From the human T2T-CHM13v2.0 reference genome, Homo sapiens: 64,000 nucleotides of DNA. The notes under the pieces are model-generated. The model saw only the letters and a list, made by a program, of their open reading frames with translations. It was not told the origin of the DNA and did no database searches. The stretch lies in NCBI RefSeq assembly GCF_009914755.1, contig NC_060926.1; one strand, 5' to 3'. Positions 24,760-38,489 of the stretch are shown in pieces. The position numbers and the translations under genes were made by a program. Position 1 is the stretch's first letter; the number at the start of each line of letters is the position of its first letter.

Positions 24760-27700
24760 TTATGAACCACTCCCCTCCATTACTAAAATTAAAAATGAAT
24801 TAACCTATTTTACCATTTTAAAATAATTTTACAATTAAGAAACAAAAAAACACTCAGCTCAGGAAATCTCACAAATAGCTTTCTCAGCGGAGCCACTGTG
24901 TATTGCTGCAGAGCTAGCTTTCAAAATCTGTTCCTATTTTGTTATAAATTAATTAATGGAGATGTCGTTTTCTCAAAATATGGTATTGTTCTTGAACCCT
25001 ACAATACCAATAGCCAATCTCGGACTCTCAGAGGTGAGAGGTTTACCTGGATGATGCTGTGCTTTCTGACCACACAGGGGGCCACTTTATCACTGTCACA
25101 ATTTTGTCTATCCCAGACTTGCCCTCCTAAATGAAACCAAACTTATAAATGTTGTTAAAAGTTAAATTTATTTTAACTGATTGTTTTGCTTTCAAATACA
25201 TATTATTGTTTTGCAAATTTATGTTATTAAAAATAAAATAAACAAGCCCAATGAAATTACCAAATTTTGATACATAGATTTGTCCAACTGGTTTAGCTTT
25301 AGATCCTCATCCAGTTGCTCAAGTGTTTTTTTGCAGTAAACAAGTTTCCTGTTTCAGCAGCTCCTGATGGTTGCTTTCAGCTTTCCTAGTTCTTTTTCAT
25401 CTGTGATAGATTGAGCCGTATCTATGGCACATGACATAAGATTTCTCCTTTGACATCAAGTTCACTTCTAAGTTAATTCTGAAACTAACCTTCTGGAGGC
25501 AGTGTCAAAGTTTTTTTCTGAGAAGAGGGGTCAGTTCAATTGTACTATTAATTTTTAACTGTAATATATTTACTTGCATTTAGATTTTTCTTCAAGTTTG
25601 CATGATCTAGTTTTAATTGTCATTATGAGCAATTTCATCCCATTACTGTTTGTTTTTCTTGTACAAGTGATCATACCTTTAGTGTCATTTGAATTTTCAA
25701 AATAATAAAACCCATACTTTAAATAAGCATCAACATCCTACCTGTATTGACTACAATTGCTTGTAACCCATCTACCCATTACGGCTGAGGCAATATTCCC
25801 ATTCCCCTTACTTTTGTTAATCCATATCTATCTTATGCCTTGCTGTTAGATTATTCTGAGGAGAAGAAAGAGAGGAAGAAGAAGAAAAGAAATAAGGAAG
25901 GAAGTGAGAAAGAGGGAAAGTGTTTCTCCATTCAAGGTATTATTATATCTAAAATTCACTAGTTGATTATCTAATATTTGTAAAATTACCTTCCAGATGA
26001 AGGAAATTATCTGATAAGATTCATGTAGGGGAAAGTCAAGGGAACTGTCATTAGGTGTCCATTAGATTCTTGGTACAATTTACCCTATTAATATGTGAGC
26101 TTGATTAAGGAGTTTTGGTGTCATATGTCAAAAAGTAACATATCTATTAAGAGAGAGGAAGGAAGTGGAGAGGGGAAAATATTGAGGGAAGGGTTGTTGA
26201 GATGGTTAAGAGAACTAGAGACTGATTCTTGATCTTTACTCAGGGCATATTTCTTGTTGAACAGCACTTTTCCCCTTCTGCTCATTCTCAAGGTGGTTTA
26301 TCACTTCATAACTCCATGAATTCATTGCACAGGCCCATTGAATCACAAAACTATTTCTCACTTAAGTTCCCTACAGAAAAATCCCACAGCCACTGCAGTT
26401 TGGAAAGCAAAGGATTTAAATTATTTTTTCAAAAAGTGAGAATGAAAATAGTCCCATTGCACCCAGAAACCCTCCATGAATGTTGAGACAAGGCTAACTA
26501 AAAAGATTACCAGGGAGAGTAAAATGTGAGAGACGTGATTCCCCTTCCAGTAAATGCTTCCTTGGGAAAGGCGCTTGTTAACTCCCACTGAAAAATAGGC
26601 CCGCTGTCCAAGTCAGCAGTGAATTACAGAAGAAATGGTGCAAAACTTCACAGCCTGGAGAGAAAACCCCAGTTTCACTGAAGTGGAGCTGTGAAGTGAT
26701 TCCCATATTTCAATAAGAATTATTTTATCTTTTTGCTAAGTCACTGAAATAAACAATCACATCTCTAAACTGTGAAAAACAGGAAGAAATACTGGGAAGA
26801 TTTATAATACACATGTTTCTACTCCCTGTAGAAAAATGAAAATAGTAAATAAGTGCATTTCTGTAACATCCAAAATTAACAAAATAGTGTCTGTATGTTG
26901 TAGATAAAAAACCAATGTTCAAATAGGTTTAAGTGACTTCCCTATGGCCATAAAGGTGAGAAACGGTGATGTTGAAATGGCAACACTAGTCTTCTGAACT
27001 TCGGTCCATGCTTTTAAATCCCAGTCATAGCTGTAAGAGAAATATCTTAGAAGACAATTGTGTTATCATAATCCTGGATATGCTTATTTTTTTACCTGTA
27101 TTATTTATTGGAGTTTTAAAAATGATTTTCCCATTTCTGTAATAAAAGTCAAAACATATTTGCTATAGTTTTATGTGTATTATTTTATAACATGCTATTC
27201 TCCCACTTAAGGATTTGGTTTGAGATCCAGATTTTGATATTCATTACCTCTAAGCAACCCTCTGTCATTTCTTACATAGAAGTTATGAATAATAACATTT
27301 GCCTTAGGATTATATTGTGTCTCTAGGTCCTAGTGAGTAGTGTGTGTTCAATAAATGGCAGATGTTATATTTGTTTCTATCCCAAAGCATGTGAATATAC
27401 ACTTTGTGCACATAAACAAAGGTTAATTAAAACAGAATTACATATATGCAAAATGAGAAACTAGAAGAAGGAGATGAGGAGGGTACTAAGAAACAACGGT
27501 AACAAGAAACACAATTAGCAAATCATTTTTTTTTTCAATCATGTGCAAGCCAGAAAAAAGGAAGTAACAATGTGGTTCTCATCAACTGGGTTAGGACCTC
27601 TTCTCTAGCAACCTGTATTTCTCTTTTTATAACACTCAGTTCATTTGATATATTTTTTCTTTTTGGTAATTTATTTAGGACTGTAAGCTCTATGAAGTCA

Positions 27701-28164
27701 AGCACTTTTTCCTTCCTGTATATCTAGCAGATAGAATAGAGTTGGGTACAGAGGACTCTCATCACATTTTGACAGCTCAAGTCTTTACTCCTCCCTCTCA
27801 AATAGCCCCCTGATTTGATTTTGGCAAATAATTCCTCTCTCCTTGTGTGATGTCTCAGTGGGAAAGTAAATCTATGTGCCAACATTTCACTATGTGGGTC
27901 CAAGTGATCAAATGCTTCTCTCTGGCTACAGTGGGGGCAAGCCTAATGCCTAAATTCAGCCAAACAAACACTCTCTCTTGAAAGTCTGAATTCTGAGTAA
28001 ATGTCCACAACACAAAATAAATATTAGAATGTAATTATTTCACTTTCAGTGTCCTGATCAAACTATTGACTGCTATGCTATCATTGTTGTTGTTTCAAAT
28101 AGGCATTGGTTTTTGCCTCTGATAAGGTCTGAATACACTCAATCTGACATTCCAGTATACTCAG

Positions 28165-29033
28165 TGAAAGCTGCCGATGCCAAGATGGAGTCATTTACAT
28201 TAGACTGAAAGCAAATGAGATATGAAAGGTGATATGGTATGGTTGTGTCTCCACCCAAAATCCCATCTTGAATTGTAATTTTAATTGTAATTGGGGGAGG
28301 GACCTTGTGGGCGGTGATTAGATCATGGTGGTGGTTCTCCCTTGCTGTTCTCATGATAGTGAGTGAGTTCTCATGAGATCTGATGGTTTTATAACGGTTT
28401 TTTCCCCCTTTGTGAAAAAGGACATGTTTGTTTCCCCTTCCGTCATGATTGTGAGTTTCCCGAGGCCTCCCCAGCTATGTGGAACTGTGAGTCAATTAAA
28501 CCTCTTTCCTTTACAAATTACCCGGTCTTGGGCATGTCTTTATAGCAGTGTAAGAACACACTAATACAGGAGGTCATGAAGGAGACAATCTCATGCACAC
28601 ATGTCTGAGGTAAGCACTATCACAAGGACTGACTAAACACCCACAAGAAATTTGCGCACTTCTTGCATGCCCTGCTCATTCTGTATGTGTGTCTGACACA
28701 GGACTCAGCACAAAAAATTCCTCAAGACTGTAGCATTAAGAGATAAACTGCCTTCACAAGAACACCCTGCCTAGCAAACAGCTCTTTCCACCAATGAGTT
28801 AATACCAGCTTCTACAACAGGCCCCTGTGACCAATGATGTTTTTTTCACAACAACTTATGTAGACTTCTTTTTGCCTTTAAAAGTTTCCCTATTTCCAGG
28901 CGTCTCCAGATTTGACTGTGATTAATCATAGCATGTGTACTATGGATTATAAACCCATGGTTATTCCTGAATAAGTTTATTTCTTAGAGAGCCATTCCTT
29001 CTCGTTTTTTTTTTTTTTTATATTAGGTTGATC
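28165..29033 (+). mobile_element. LTR47-like LTR copy A (interrupted by THE1)
   Basis: tgaaagctg...aagatggagtca start and ttaggttga end. Homologous to 29196-29722. Confidence 0.7.
28230..28568 (+). mobile_element. THE1 MaLR solo LTR
   Basis: tgatatggtatggttgtgtctccacccaaa...gagtcaattaaacctctttcc...cactaataca. Confidence 0.93.
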
Positions 29034-29038
29034 TAATT

Positions 29039-29056
29039 TGGTGTCATAAGTGGGAA
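29039..29056 (+). promoter_or_regulatory. Retroviral primer-binding site (tRNA-Leu type)
   Basis: tggtgtcataagtgggaa matches TGGTGTCAGAAGTGGGAT (recalled complement of a tRNA-Leu 3' end) at 16/18 and lies just 3' of the LTR. Confidence 0.7.
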
Positions 29057-29195
29057 CTGAAGCAAGATGCCATTTCCTTTCACCTTTGGAAGGAATTGAT
29101 AACTCTTGGAATTGAGAGCTACCAATTCTCAGGACAATTCTCACAAAGGACTCATGGAGCCTTTTGTGTTATTTCCTTCCATAGCTTGCCTTTTC

Positions 29196-29722
29196 TGCAA
29201 GTCTTCATTGCCAAAATAAAGTCACTTATGTCAAACCCCAAACAAAGCGAAGCTGGGAGGTCGTATACAGAAGAGAACAGGATCTCATTATATACATGCG
29301 TTCAAGATAAGTACCATCACAAGGACTTTCTAAACCCCCCACCACAAAAAATAATCTGCATGACCTACATGTCCTGCTCATCTTACTTGTCCTACTCATG
29401 TCCATAAGAAGATTTCATGAAAATTCCTCAAGACTACGTTTCAGATAAGCTGTCCTCGCAAAAACATTTGCTTAACAACTGTTTCCACCAATGAGTTAAC
29501 ATCAACTTCTACAACAGACCCCTGGTACCAATAATGTTTTGTTTCAAAACTTACACAGGCCTCTGTTTTTGCCTTTTAAAAGTCTTCCTCACTCAACCTC
29601 TTCAAATATGCCTATGATTTGTCATAACATACATATATTCCAGATTATAATCCTCTACTTATTCCCAAATAAATTCATGTCTTTAAAGAGCCAGTCTTTC
29701 TGTTGTTATTTTAAGTTAAACA
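29196..29722 (+). mobile_element. LTR47-like LTR copy B
   Basis: Shares atcacaaggact, aaaattcctcaagact, ttccaccaatgagttaa, cttctacaacag and tttttgcc.tttaaaagt with copy A. AATAAA ~29668, ends ...aaaca. Confidence 0.7.
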
Positions 29723-31149
29723 TTGCATTTGCTTAAGTGGGCCAGATTTGGTTTCTATTGCTTGCAAATGATAAATCCAAAACAAGAAGACGTAAATGTT
29801 TTAGTTACATTGAATGTATAAACATCACATATCAGTTTATAAGAAGATAATTTTTTCCCTAGCTCAAATTCTACAAGAATTTTACTCTGAGCTTGTGTAT
29901 ATAGTAGATAAGCATCATCACAATCACTTAGTGGTAGATGGTGGAGGTTTTTCTATATATTTATTTTTTATATCAAAGCCTCAATAAAACTTGAGGGTAC
30001 AATGTTAAGTCAGAACTAATTGGGGGTATTTTTTGAAGAAATTATGTTAATAAACTGTAGATTAATCAGTTTGGTAACAACTGGCCTATTTCAAGCAGTG
30101 AGCTAGAAGACACTATAGGGCTGTTTATAATGATAATTTACTCTGATGAATTTTCCAAAGTTTAATCGTGCTTTTAACTGTATTGGACACAGTCAGTATA
30201 AGGCTAAAATCCCATACTTAGAATATACTCAGTATAAATAAAATATTATTTATTTATTCATTTTATCTGTTTTCTTAGGCATCTATTTTATTTCACTGGG
30301 CACTCTCACACTTAAATTCTAATCTATAGCTCAACTTATGGCTATAGTTTAAATCTCTCAAAAAAGGGAAAAAGGAGAACATCATGCTTATCCTGTTTCT
30401 TTTCATAATTCCACCAATTATGCTGTTTGGCAAACAATGTTCAATATTTTGAAAAGGTACAGAGTACAGAAAATACCACACTTATCCAGATAGAATATTA
30501 TTTTAAGACAAGCCAAAACTTTGTTGCTTCCACCAAAGGTAAAGACAATGGTTTCAGGATAAACTTATATTGTAATTTGTGTAAATTTAAAATACAGAAT
30601 AAAATAGAATGTCTTCAATATAATGAGTATAAATATTTTAAGGAATATGCAAATCAAATCAAAGCATCACTTTGGTATTAACCATAGGTATAACACAGCC
30701 TGGCTGAAATTTTTAAAGTATTTAATGCTCAGGGGAAATATTTTGATAACTTTTAATCAAACCATAATTTTTAAAAAGAACACCAGATTAATAACTAGGA
30801 TATTCTGCTTCCAGTCTAGGATTTCTCATGTGTTATCTACATGACTGTGGGCCTCAGATGTCTCATCTACAAAATGAGAAGGTTGTGCTTACTGATTTCA
30901 AGCTTTCTTACATCTTTAATGTTCATAGAGATGTATAAAATATGCCAGAGGCTACACAAGACCACATTGCTTCTGAAAGTTTAGTTTCATGATCATTATT
31001 GAAACATGCAATGGGATCAATACAGTAATAAGCTATAGGTATACAAAGTAGTTCTTAGGAAGATTGCACAATTCAGGAAAAATGCTGCCAAGTAACAATT
31101 GTTGTAGAGAATGTCCTAACTGCAGACATAGAGGTTAGGAGGTGTGTAG

Positions 31150-32470
31150 CACTGAGGAAGTTTGCTTACCTAGGCTAGATGCTTAAAGAATGATTACTGG
31201 AAGAGATAATTCCTGCAGTGAGGTTTAAAGTATGAAATATTAATAAGATGAAGAGAAGGAACTGGAGCGCACCGAGCGAAGGAACAGCTTGAGAAATATA
31301 CAAACTATGAAAAAACATGCTGTGTACAGGAAATGAGAGGTAGCCCAGCACTTCAGAATGTAAAATGCAAGGCTAAAGGTAGTGATAGGTTATGTTGCTG
31401 AGAGGTAGGTGGCTTTAGAGCAATGTAATATTTTCTATTAATAAGGCAATGGGAAGAAATTAGAGGAATTTAAACATGACAGTAAAATGGTTGATCTGTG
31501 TTTTAGATGAACTCTAATGCCCATGTAGAGAATAAAGTTGAGGATGCTTAAACTAGAAGTAGAAAGACCGTATACGGGGCCAGTTGACAAAGCCTGAACC
31601 AGGAAATACGTAGTGAGAATGATTTAGAGAGGTCAGTTTCTAAAGATTAGAGAGAAGCTCTTGCAAGATATGTACTGTCAGCCATCTGAACAGAATTAAT
31701 AAATACATGGGGATAGATGGGAACTCCTAAATGAAGTAATCAGAGCTATGAACCAAGAGCAGAAAACCAAAAACTGAGTGGTGGATGGAAGAAATGGTAC
31801 CCAACAAAAGGTCTTAAAAGGAATAGTCAGAGCTCTAAAGTTCTTTCCTCTGCTTGTTCAATTATATGGCTGAGACTTTCCAGAATATTTTGCATTTCTC
31901 TAAGTGCATCCATTATTTCCTGAAGTTTTGATAGTTTTTTTATTTATGCTAATTCACTGAAGACGTCTCCCCTCATTTCTTGTATCATTTTTTTTTTTAT
32001 TTCCTTAAATTGGATTTCAGCTTTCTCTGGGGCCTCCTCGATTAGCTTAATAATTGACCTTCTGAATTCTTTTTCAGGCAAATAAGGGATTTCTTCTTGG
32101 TTTTGATCCATTGCTGGTGAGCTAGTGTGATTTTTGGAGGGTGTTAAAGAACGTTGTTTTGTCATATTACCAGAATTGCTTTTCTAGTTCCTTCTCATTT
32201 GGGTAGCCTATGTCAGAGGGAAGATCTGGGGCTCAAGGCTCCTGTTCAGACTTTTTTTTCCCCCACAAGATGTTCCCTTGATGTAATAATCTCCCCCTTT
32301 TCCTAGGGATGTGACTTTCTGAGAGCCGAGTTGCAGTGATTGCTATTTCTCTTCTCGATCTAGTCACCCAGGGAGGGGTACCAGGCTCTGGGAGAGAGCA
32401 GTGTCATAGATCCAAAAGGTAAAGGTCCCAAAAAGGTAGAAGTGGCAAATATTGTGTGAAATTCAGCCAG
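31150..32470 (-). mobile_element. L2 LINE remnant (split by the L1PB fragment)
   Basis: Purine-rich antisense L2 signature (aaggcaatgggaag..., gatctgtgttttaga..., gtgtcatagatccaaaagg). Confidence 0.6.
31830..32391 (-). mobile_element. L1PB(a)-like 5'UTR and ORF1 N-terminal fragment
   Basis: ORF 31944-32165 MTKQRSLTPSKNHTSSPAMDQNQEEIPYLPEKEFRRSIIKL is an L1PB-type ORF1 start. Confidence 0.85.
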
Positions 32471-32549
32471 ACTGACAGCTCAAATATGTTGTTTATTTAG
32501 ACTTGGCTGTAGAAATAATAATTGATGTCAGAGAAAGAGCTGTTGCAGG

Positions 32550-34200
32550 AGCAAGGCAGACTAGAATACAGATGCCCCTGATTAGAAAAATAAATGAGGA
32601 GTACAAAACGGAGGAAATTGTAACGACACAAATAAAATGATAAATTTTGATCCTGTGGACATTATTGAAAATAAAAAAGAAGAGACAAAAAAGAAAGGTG
32701 ACAATTTTTGAAGATAGGCAGACTACCCAACATATGAATAGCAGCAGTTCCTGAGAAAGAAAACCAAAGAAATGAAGCAATGACAACAAATATATTAAGC
32801 ATGCTATCATTGAAGAAAACTTTCCTAAAATCATGAAAGTTTTGCAATAACACTGAAAGAGTACACTGTTGAGCCATGTTGGAGTACTATGTATCAGAGT
32901 AGCCCTTCTAGAAAAAGAATGGGGGAAACATAAAGCAGATGTTGTCGGATATTAGACAGTAGGTGGTACAGGCATGTGACCCCTAATTAGGGAAATCAGT
33001 GAAGCTAGCCTTAAAATCACCCTAGGTTTCTTCTGGGAGGCACCTTCTGAACTGTGGTGTAAGAAGGGGAACCCCAACAAGAGAATTGTTTTGCCGAACT
33101 GAAGAACCAAGGAATTAGATTTCAGTGAAGTCTGAAGTGCATGTAATTTTTAGGGTAGGGTACATGAGAGAAAAAGGAAAATTCAAGAGAAGATTTCTAA
33201 AAACTAGCATGGGACTGTCCTTGAGTTTTTGGCTGACTACTAAGCTTAGTTTGTTCAGAGTAAGATTCCAGGGGACAAGGAAAAGGACAGCTATCAGGGA
33301 AATAACAGCTGCTGATAACTTACTGGTTACTAAGGTAAACAGAACTGGGGCTAACACTGAACTAAGAGTTGTTCAACTTTCAGTCTACCAGAATAGAAAG
33401 TCAAGCTGAATACCAGGGACATTCATTATAAACCCCAGAAAGATTACATTTTATTAACTATCGAGGTTGAAATAAACTAGCCCTATGGTAAACCACCTTT
33501 ATACAGCTTAAAACCAAGTCTCAAAAGGGTCAAGTTGGGCCTCCAGTAAATTAACTGCATGAAAAAATAAACTTTAAATCTCTTTAAAGGAACACAACAA
33601 TATCTAGACACTCACTAGCAAAACATTCACAACATCAAATGCCAAATCCAAAATTATGCAATCATCTCAATAAATACAGAAAAAAGGTTGCTCCATTGAT
33701 CCATTTTTGACACAAACTTTCTTCTAAGTGGGAATAGAAGCATACTTCCTCAATTTAATAAAGACAATAAAATAAAATACAAAATTACAGCTAAAATCAT
33801 CATTAATGATGAAAAATCAAATGCTTTCAGTAAACGATTGAGGACAAGAATTTTCTTCTGTCACCACTTCTGTTACCATTATACTTGAGATCCTAACCAG
33901 TGCAATAAGGCAAAAAAAAAAAAAAAAAAGGGAAAAAAAGAAAAAAAAGAAATAAAAGGAATTCAGATGAGAAAGAAATAAGTAAAAGTTTTCTCTCTTT
34001 TTTTTTATTTATCATGAAAGACAGCACAACATAAGTTGGGAAATAATCAAGAATAACCCACACCAGGACACAGTCTACCAAATCTGCTTGATTAAAAAAA
34101 TATATTAGATTTTAAACAGGGATGAAAAATCCCTTAGCATCTAAAGACGTGAGAAATATCAAATTATTGTATTTAAGAATGCACATTTGTATGGTATAAC
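32550..34200 (+). mobile_element. Old L1M fragments (ORF1-like, 5'UTR-like and ORF2 pieces)
   Basis: gaagaaaactttcctaaaat (EENFP), atcatctcaataaatacagaaaaa (IISI.AEK), and ccacttctgttaccattatacttgagatcctaaccagtgcaataaggca (PLLF.I.LE.L..AIR). Confidence 0.7.
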
Positions 34201-34214
34201 CATGTGGTAGTTGT

Positions 34215-34385
34215 CTTCCTGTGACTTATTTTACTTTGCATGATGTTCTCCGGTTCCATCCATGGTGCTGCAAATGACCAAATTTCCTTCTTTTTAAGGG
34301 ATGAATAGTAGTCTATTGTATTTATGTAACACATTTTATTTATCCATGTGTCTGTTTATGGACATTTAGGCTGATTCCATAACTT
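34215..34385 (-). mobile_element. L1MA/MB 3' fragment
   Basis: gacttattttactttgcatgatgttctcc...gaatagtagtctattgta...ggacatttaggctgattccata. Confidence 0.8.
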
Positions 34386-34551
34386 GAGATGTTTTACATT
34401 TTGAACCCATTCTACTTGGTCTATTTTCTCTAAACCATAATATATGATGTTTCTAACACCTTCATTCAATGTTGACAAATTTTGAGTATCTGACTTGTAG
34501 TTAGAATTTTAGGTATAAAGATATAAAAATTAGTAAATATAGTGTTTGTCA

Positions 34552-35009
<458 letters not shown>

Positions 35010-35219
35010 TTGATTGATTTTCTTAATGTATAAAGAGGTCTTTCAAATCAATAAGAAAAAGGCCATCAATAGAATAGAAAAGCAAAGGACCTATATAGAT
35101 AATATACAAATATAACAATATAAATGATGAAACAACATATGAAATATGATTGTCCTTGCTCATATAGTCATCCAAATTTAAGCAATACAGTATATGAAGT
35201 GCAACCCAGCAGTGTCAAT

Positions 35220-35830
35220 AGCAACTATGTGTTTGGGGACATCTCGGAAAATTTCCACTGATTAAATGATATTTGAAGTGTTTGTTAAAAGACGAAGACA
35301 AGCTCACCAGGCAGATACATTCTACATGATGAAAATAGTTTGAATATATGCTGTGTTTAGAAAAGGTAAAAATGAAAGTATTATTGGGACACAGGGTGTG
35401 TAGGCTGGCATACTGGGATATGCAGCTGGTAAGATTAGTTGGAGTTAAAATGGAAATGTATTGTATGCTGTGCTATGCAGCTTGGGAGTGCCCCTGACAG
35501 AAGACAGGGAACTTCAAGGGATTTTGAGAGTGATTCAATCAGATGTTATACTATAAAGATAACAGTACTATGGAAAATAAACTAGATGGATATTTAGGAA
35601 ATTCTCATAAAGATTCAAATGAGACACAATGGAGGTCTAAACTCAAGAAGTGACAGGGAGAATGGAGAGGAAGATAGAGAGGTGACCATGCAGGGTTTAT
35701 CACAGGTTTACTGTAGACTGAAAAGGGTGATGACTTTCTTAGAGCAAAATCAGTGAAATTTGAAATTTTAGTTTCCATAGTAGTGATGAAAATAGGAAGA
35801 CATGGTATATTTGGATGAAAACTTGTACTG
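35220..35830 (-). mobile_element. L2 remnant
   Basis: Degenerate antisense L2 pattern (gattttgagagtga..atcagatg..., gagacacaatggaggtctaaact). Confidence 0.5.
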
Positions 35831-35979
35831 CTATACCAGCACTAATGTGGGAGACTTTTTAAAAGCATGACAAAAATAATGAATAGTCATTTTCTTTTTT
35901 AAAGGGCAGAAAAAAATGCATCATCTCTCAGAAAGGAAAGAAAAAATTATGCTGGTCTCTTTAAGCTGTGTTTTCATTT

Positions 35980-36046
35980 TATTAGATAGGTGCAAAATTC
36001 ATCCAATTTTGGCAAAAACTGCAATCACTTTTGCACCAACCTAATA
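35980..36046. mobile_element. MADE1 mariner-derived MITE
   Basis: tattaga.aggtgcaaaa ... gcaaaaactgcaatcacttttgcaccaacctaata inverted termini. Confidence 0.85.
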
Positions 36047-36489
36047 ATAGCACAGGTACAGTAGAAATTATTAAAATACTCTAACTTTCACCTTTAACAC
36101 AGAAATTATTTGGTAAGTTCAAGAGCTCCTTGATTTCTATAGGAACAGAGCCCCCAAATAATGGCACATGATTTGAAGACCTTAGCTATCCATGAGATGA
36201 ATGCAGCAAGACAAAATGACATCAGACGTATCCTCAGGACTTTTAAATTAAAGAGATTGGAACATAGATCCATTAAGCATTTATTCAAATATTCTTTCCT
36301 TTGTAAACTCTTTCTTGATGTCCTATTTTAAGCTATTTTAATTGTCTTATTGCTGTATTTACTAAATTCACAATTTATATTTGCCATATTCTACTTTTTA
36401 TTCCAGTTATTGGCATTCTTGGCCAATTATTCTATAAAAAGATGAATATTGTAAACTAATAATTGTAAAGTGACTAAAATGTATAAAGT

Positions 36490-36705
36490 CTTTTTTCTGT
36501 GCCAGGCTACTGTTTTGAGTCGTTTACCTATATATTAATTTATTGAATACATAAGAAACCTAGAAAAAGTTACTGATCTCACCATCCCATTTGGAGATGA
36601 AAAAACAGGCACAGGAAAATTAAGTGCCTGTCAAACTCACACACTAACTACAATCTGCACATAGTCTGATCCAGAGTCTATGCATTTAACTACTATTTTA
36701 TGCTA
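36490..36705 (-). mobile_element. MIR SINE
   Basis: tgtgccaggc...cccatttggagatgaaaaaacaggcacagga..ttaagtg. Confidence 0.75.
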
Positions 36706-36747
36706 CCTTTTATTACCCGTGATCTCCCACCCTTAGGAGATGGATGG

Positions 36748-37458
36748 TGTTACCAGTGGCGATTCTGTACAGGTCTGCATCAATCTCAATTCTTACCTCT
36801 TCAGAAGAAAGAATTCAATTGAGGGGGCATAAGGCAGAGTGAGAGATTGAGGCAAGTTTTAGAGCAGGAGAGAAAGTATTAAAAAGTTTTAGGGCAGAGA
36901 TGAAAGGAAGTAAAGTACATTTGGAAGAAGGTCATGCTGGCAACTTGAGAGAGTCAAATGCCCTGTTTAACCTTTTACTTGAGGTTTTATATGTTGGCAT
37001 ACTTCTGGAGTTTTGTGTCCCTTCTCCCCTATTCTTCCCTTGTGGTGGTGGTGGGCTGTCCGCATGCACGGTAGCCTACCAGCACTTGGGAGGGGCCACA
37101 TGCAGTGTGTTTACTGGAGTTGTGCGCATACTCACTTGAGACATTCTTCCTTTAAGAGTCAAATGTTCCTAGAAGGTCATATACCAGTTAAACTCCACCG
37201 TTTTGCCTCTTAGTGTGCATGCATGAGCCCACTTGCTTGCCCAGCTCTTGAGATCTCATTAGGAAGCTGCTGATCACCAGTTTCAGCTGTTTCTGTCTAC
37301 TGGGAGACTGCATTTCCCTGGTACTGGCTGTGACCAGAGAGACAGTTAACAACCGCCTGGCCATCACCTCATTGTCACCTGGCATTGCTGCTGCATGTGT
37401 CAGTCAGGGAGAGCCCTCTCCTGCCCTGCGCATGCCTGGCTAGCTACCTACTATAACA
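36748..37458 (-). mobile_element. ERV1 solo LTR (MER50-like)
   Basis: Minus strand tgttatagtaggtagctagccaggcatg..gggcaggagagggctc ... ccactggtaaca. TSD atgg/atga. Confidence 0.85.
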
Positions 37459-38489
37459 ATGAATGCTTAGGAGAAAGAAACATTTAATTAATAACTTAGT
37501 AATCAGCAAACGCCAGAAATTGTGGAGTCTGTCCTATCCACAGTAGGGGAACACCTGTAGGGATCAGAGAAAAAGATTACAACAGCCTGGAACCTGTAGA
37601 TCTCTAGGTTTTGATCTTTCTCCTGGTTTCCTTCTGATACATATTTGGAGTAGGAATACACAAAGTGTGGAACTCATTTGCATCTGGGGAAGAAATGAAA
37701 ACAGGAATAGAAAATTGTTAAGAAAAGTTGGTAAAAAGATACTGTTCTCTATCATCTTGATCGTCTACCCAAAATCATAAAAACGGAAAGTGCTTTTAAT
37801 TATACCAGGCTCATCACTGAAAGAGAGCAGAGCACAGATGGCCCAGGAAGGTGTGTCAATCTGGTAATGTATATATAAGCAGAGCTGTAATTAATGGGGC
37901 TTCTCCTGAGAAATTATTTCCTTGGTCTTAATGCCTTCCTTCCTTCAAAACTCAGTGAGTCCTGAGCAGTCAGAAACAAAGTGAATTAATTAACTTTGCC
38001 TTCCCAAAAGCTGGCTTAAGTTATTAAAATATGGAACAGAAGTTTGGAGTTGGAGGTAATCATGGAGATTATCTGGTCCAGATCTTGGAAAGGAAATTCT
38101 ACCCAGAATGGGAAGTTCCAGGTACTGGTGACAAAGTGATTGTGGCCTTGTTATTGGGCCTCTACTCATACACTACACATTCCTGTTAGAGGAGTTTTGT
38201 TCAAGCACAAAGTCATACCCCAAGTGTGTCTTAGTGGCTGACACTTGTGTTTCATGGCCCTCTTCCCCTGACATTTAGAAAGAAAAAAAAAGTCATTTTG
38301 AAAACTCTGTGCTAGTGATATTTTGGGAGAACTAATCAAAGTTTTGTTGTTTACATAATAAAGTTAAATTTCTTTTTGTGAATCAAATTCACATGTCAAT
38401 CTTTGTTTCTACTGTACCTTACAATCTCATAAATTGCGTTGTCACATTTTCCCCAATGCAAAATTTCTTACCACCAAGCTTTATTAGAT

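Larger units (their letters stand above)
27770..29790 (+). mobile_element. Ancient ERV-L LTR (LTR16/LTR33-like) split by the 28165-29722 insert
   Basis: Left arm ~27770-28164. The 3' terminus ttgcttaag...ttggtttctattgcttgcaa resumes at 29723. Confidence 0.5.
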
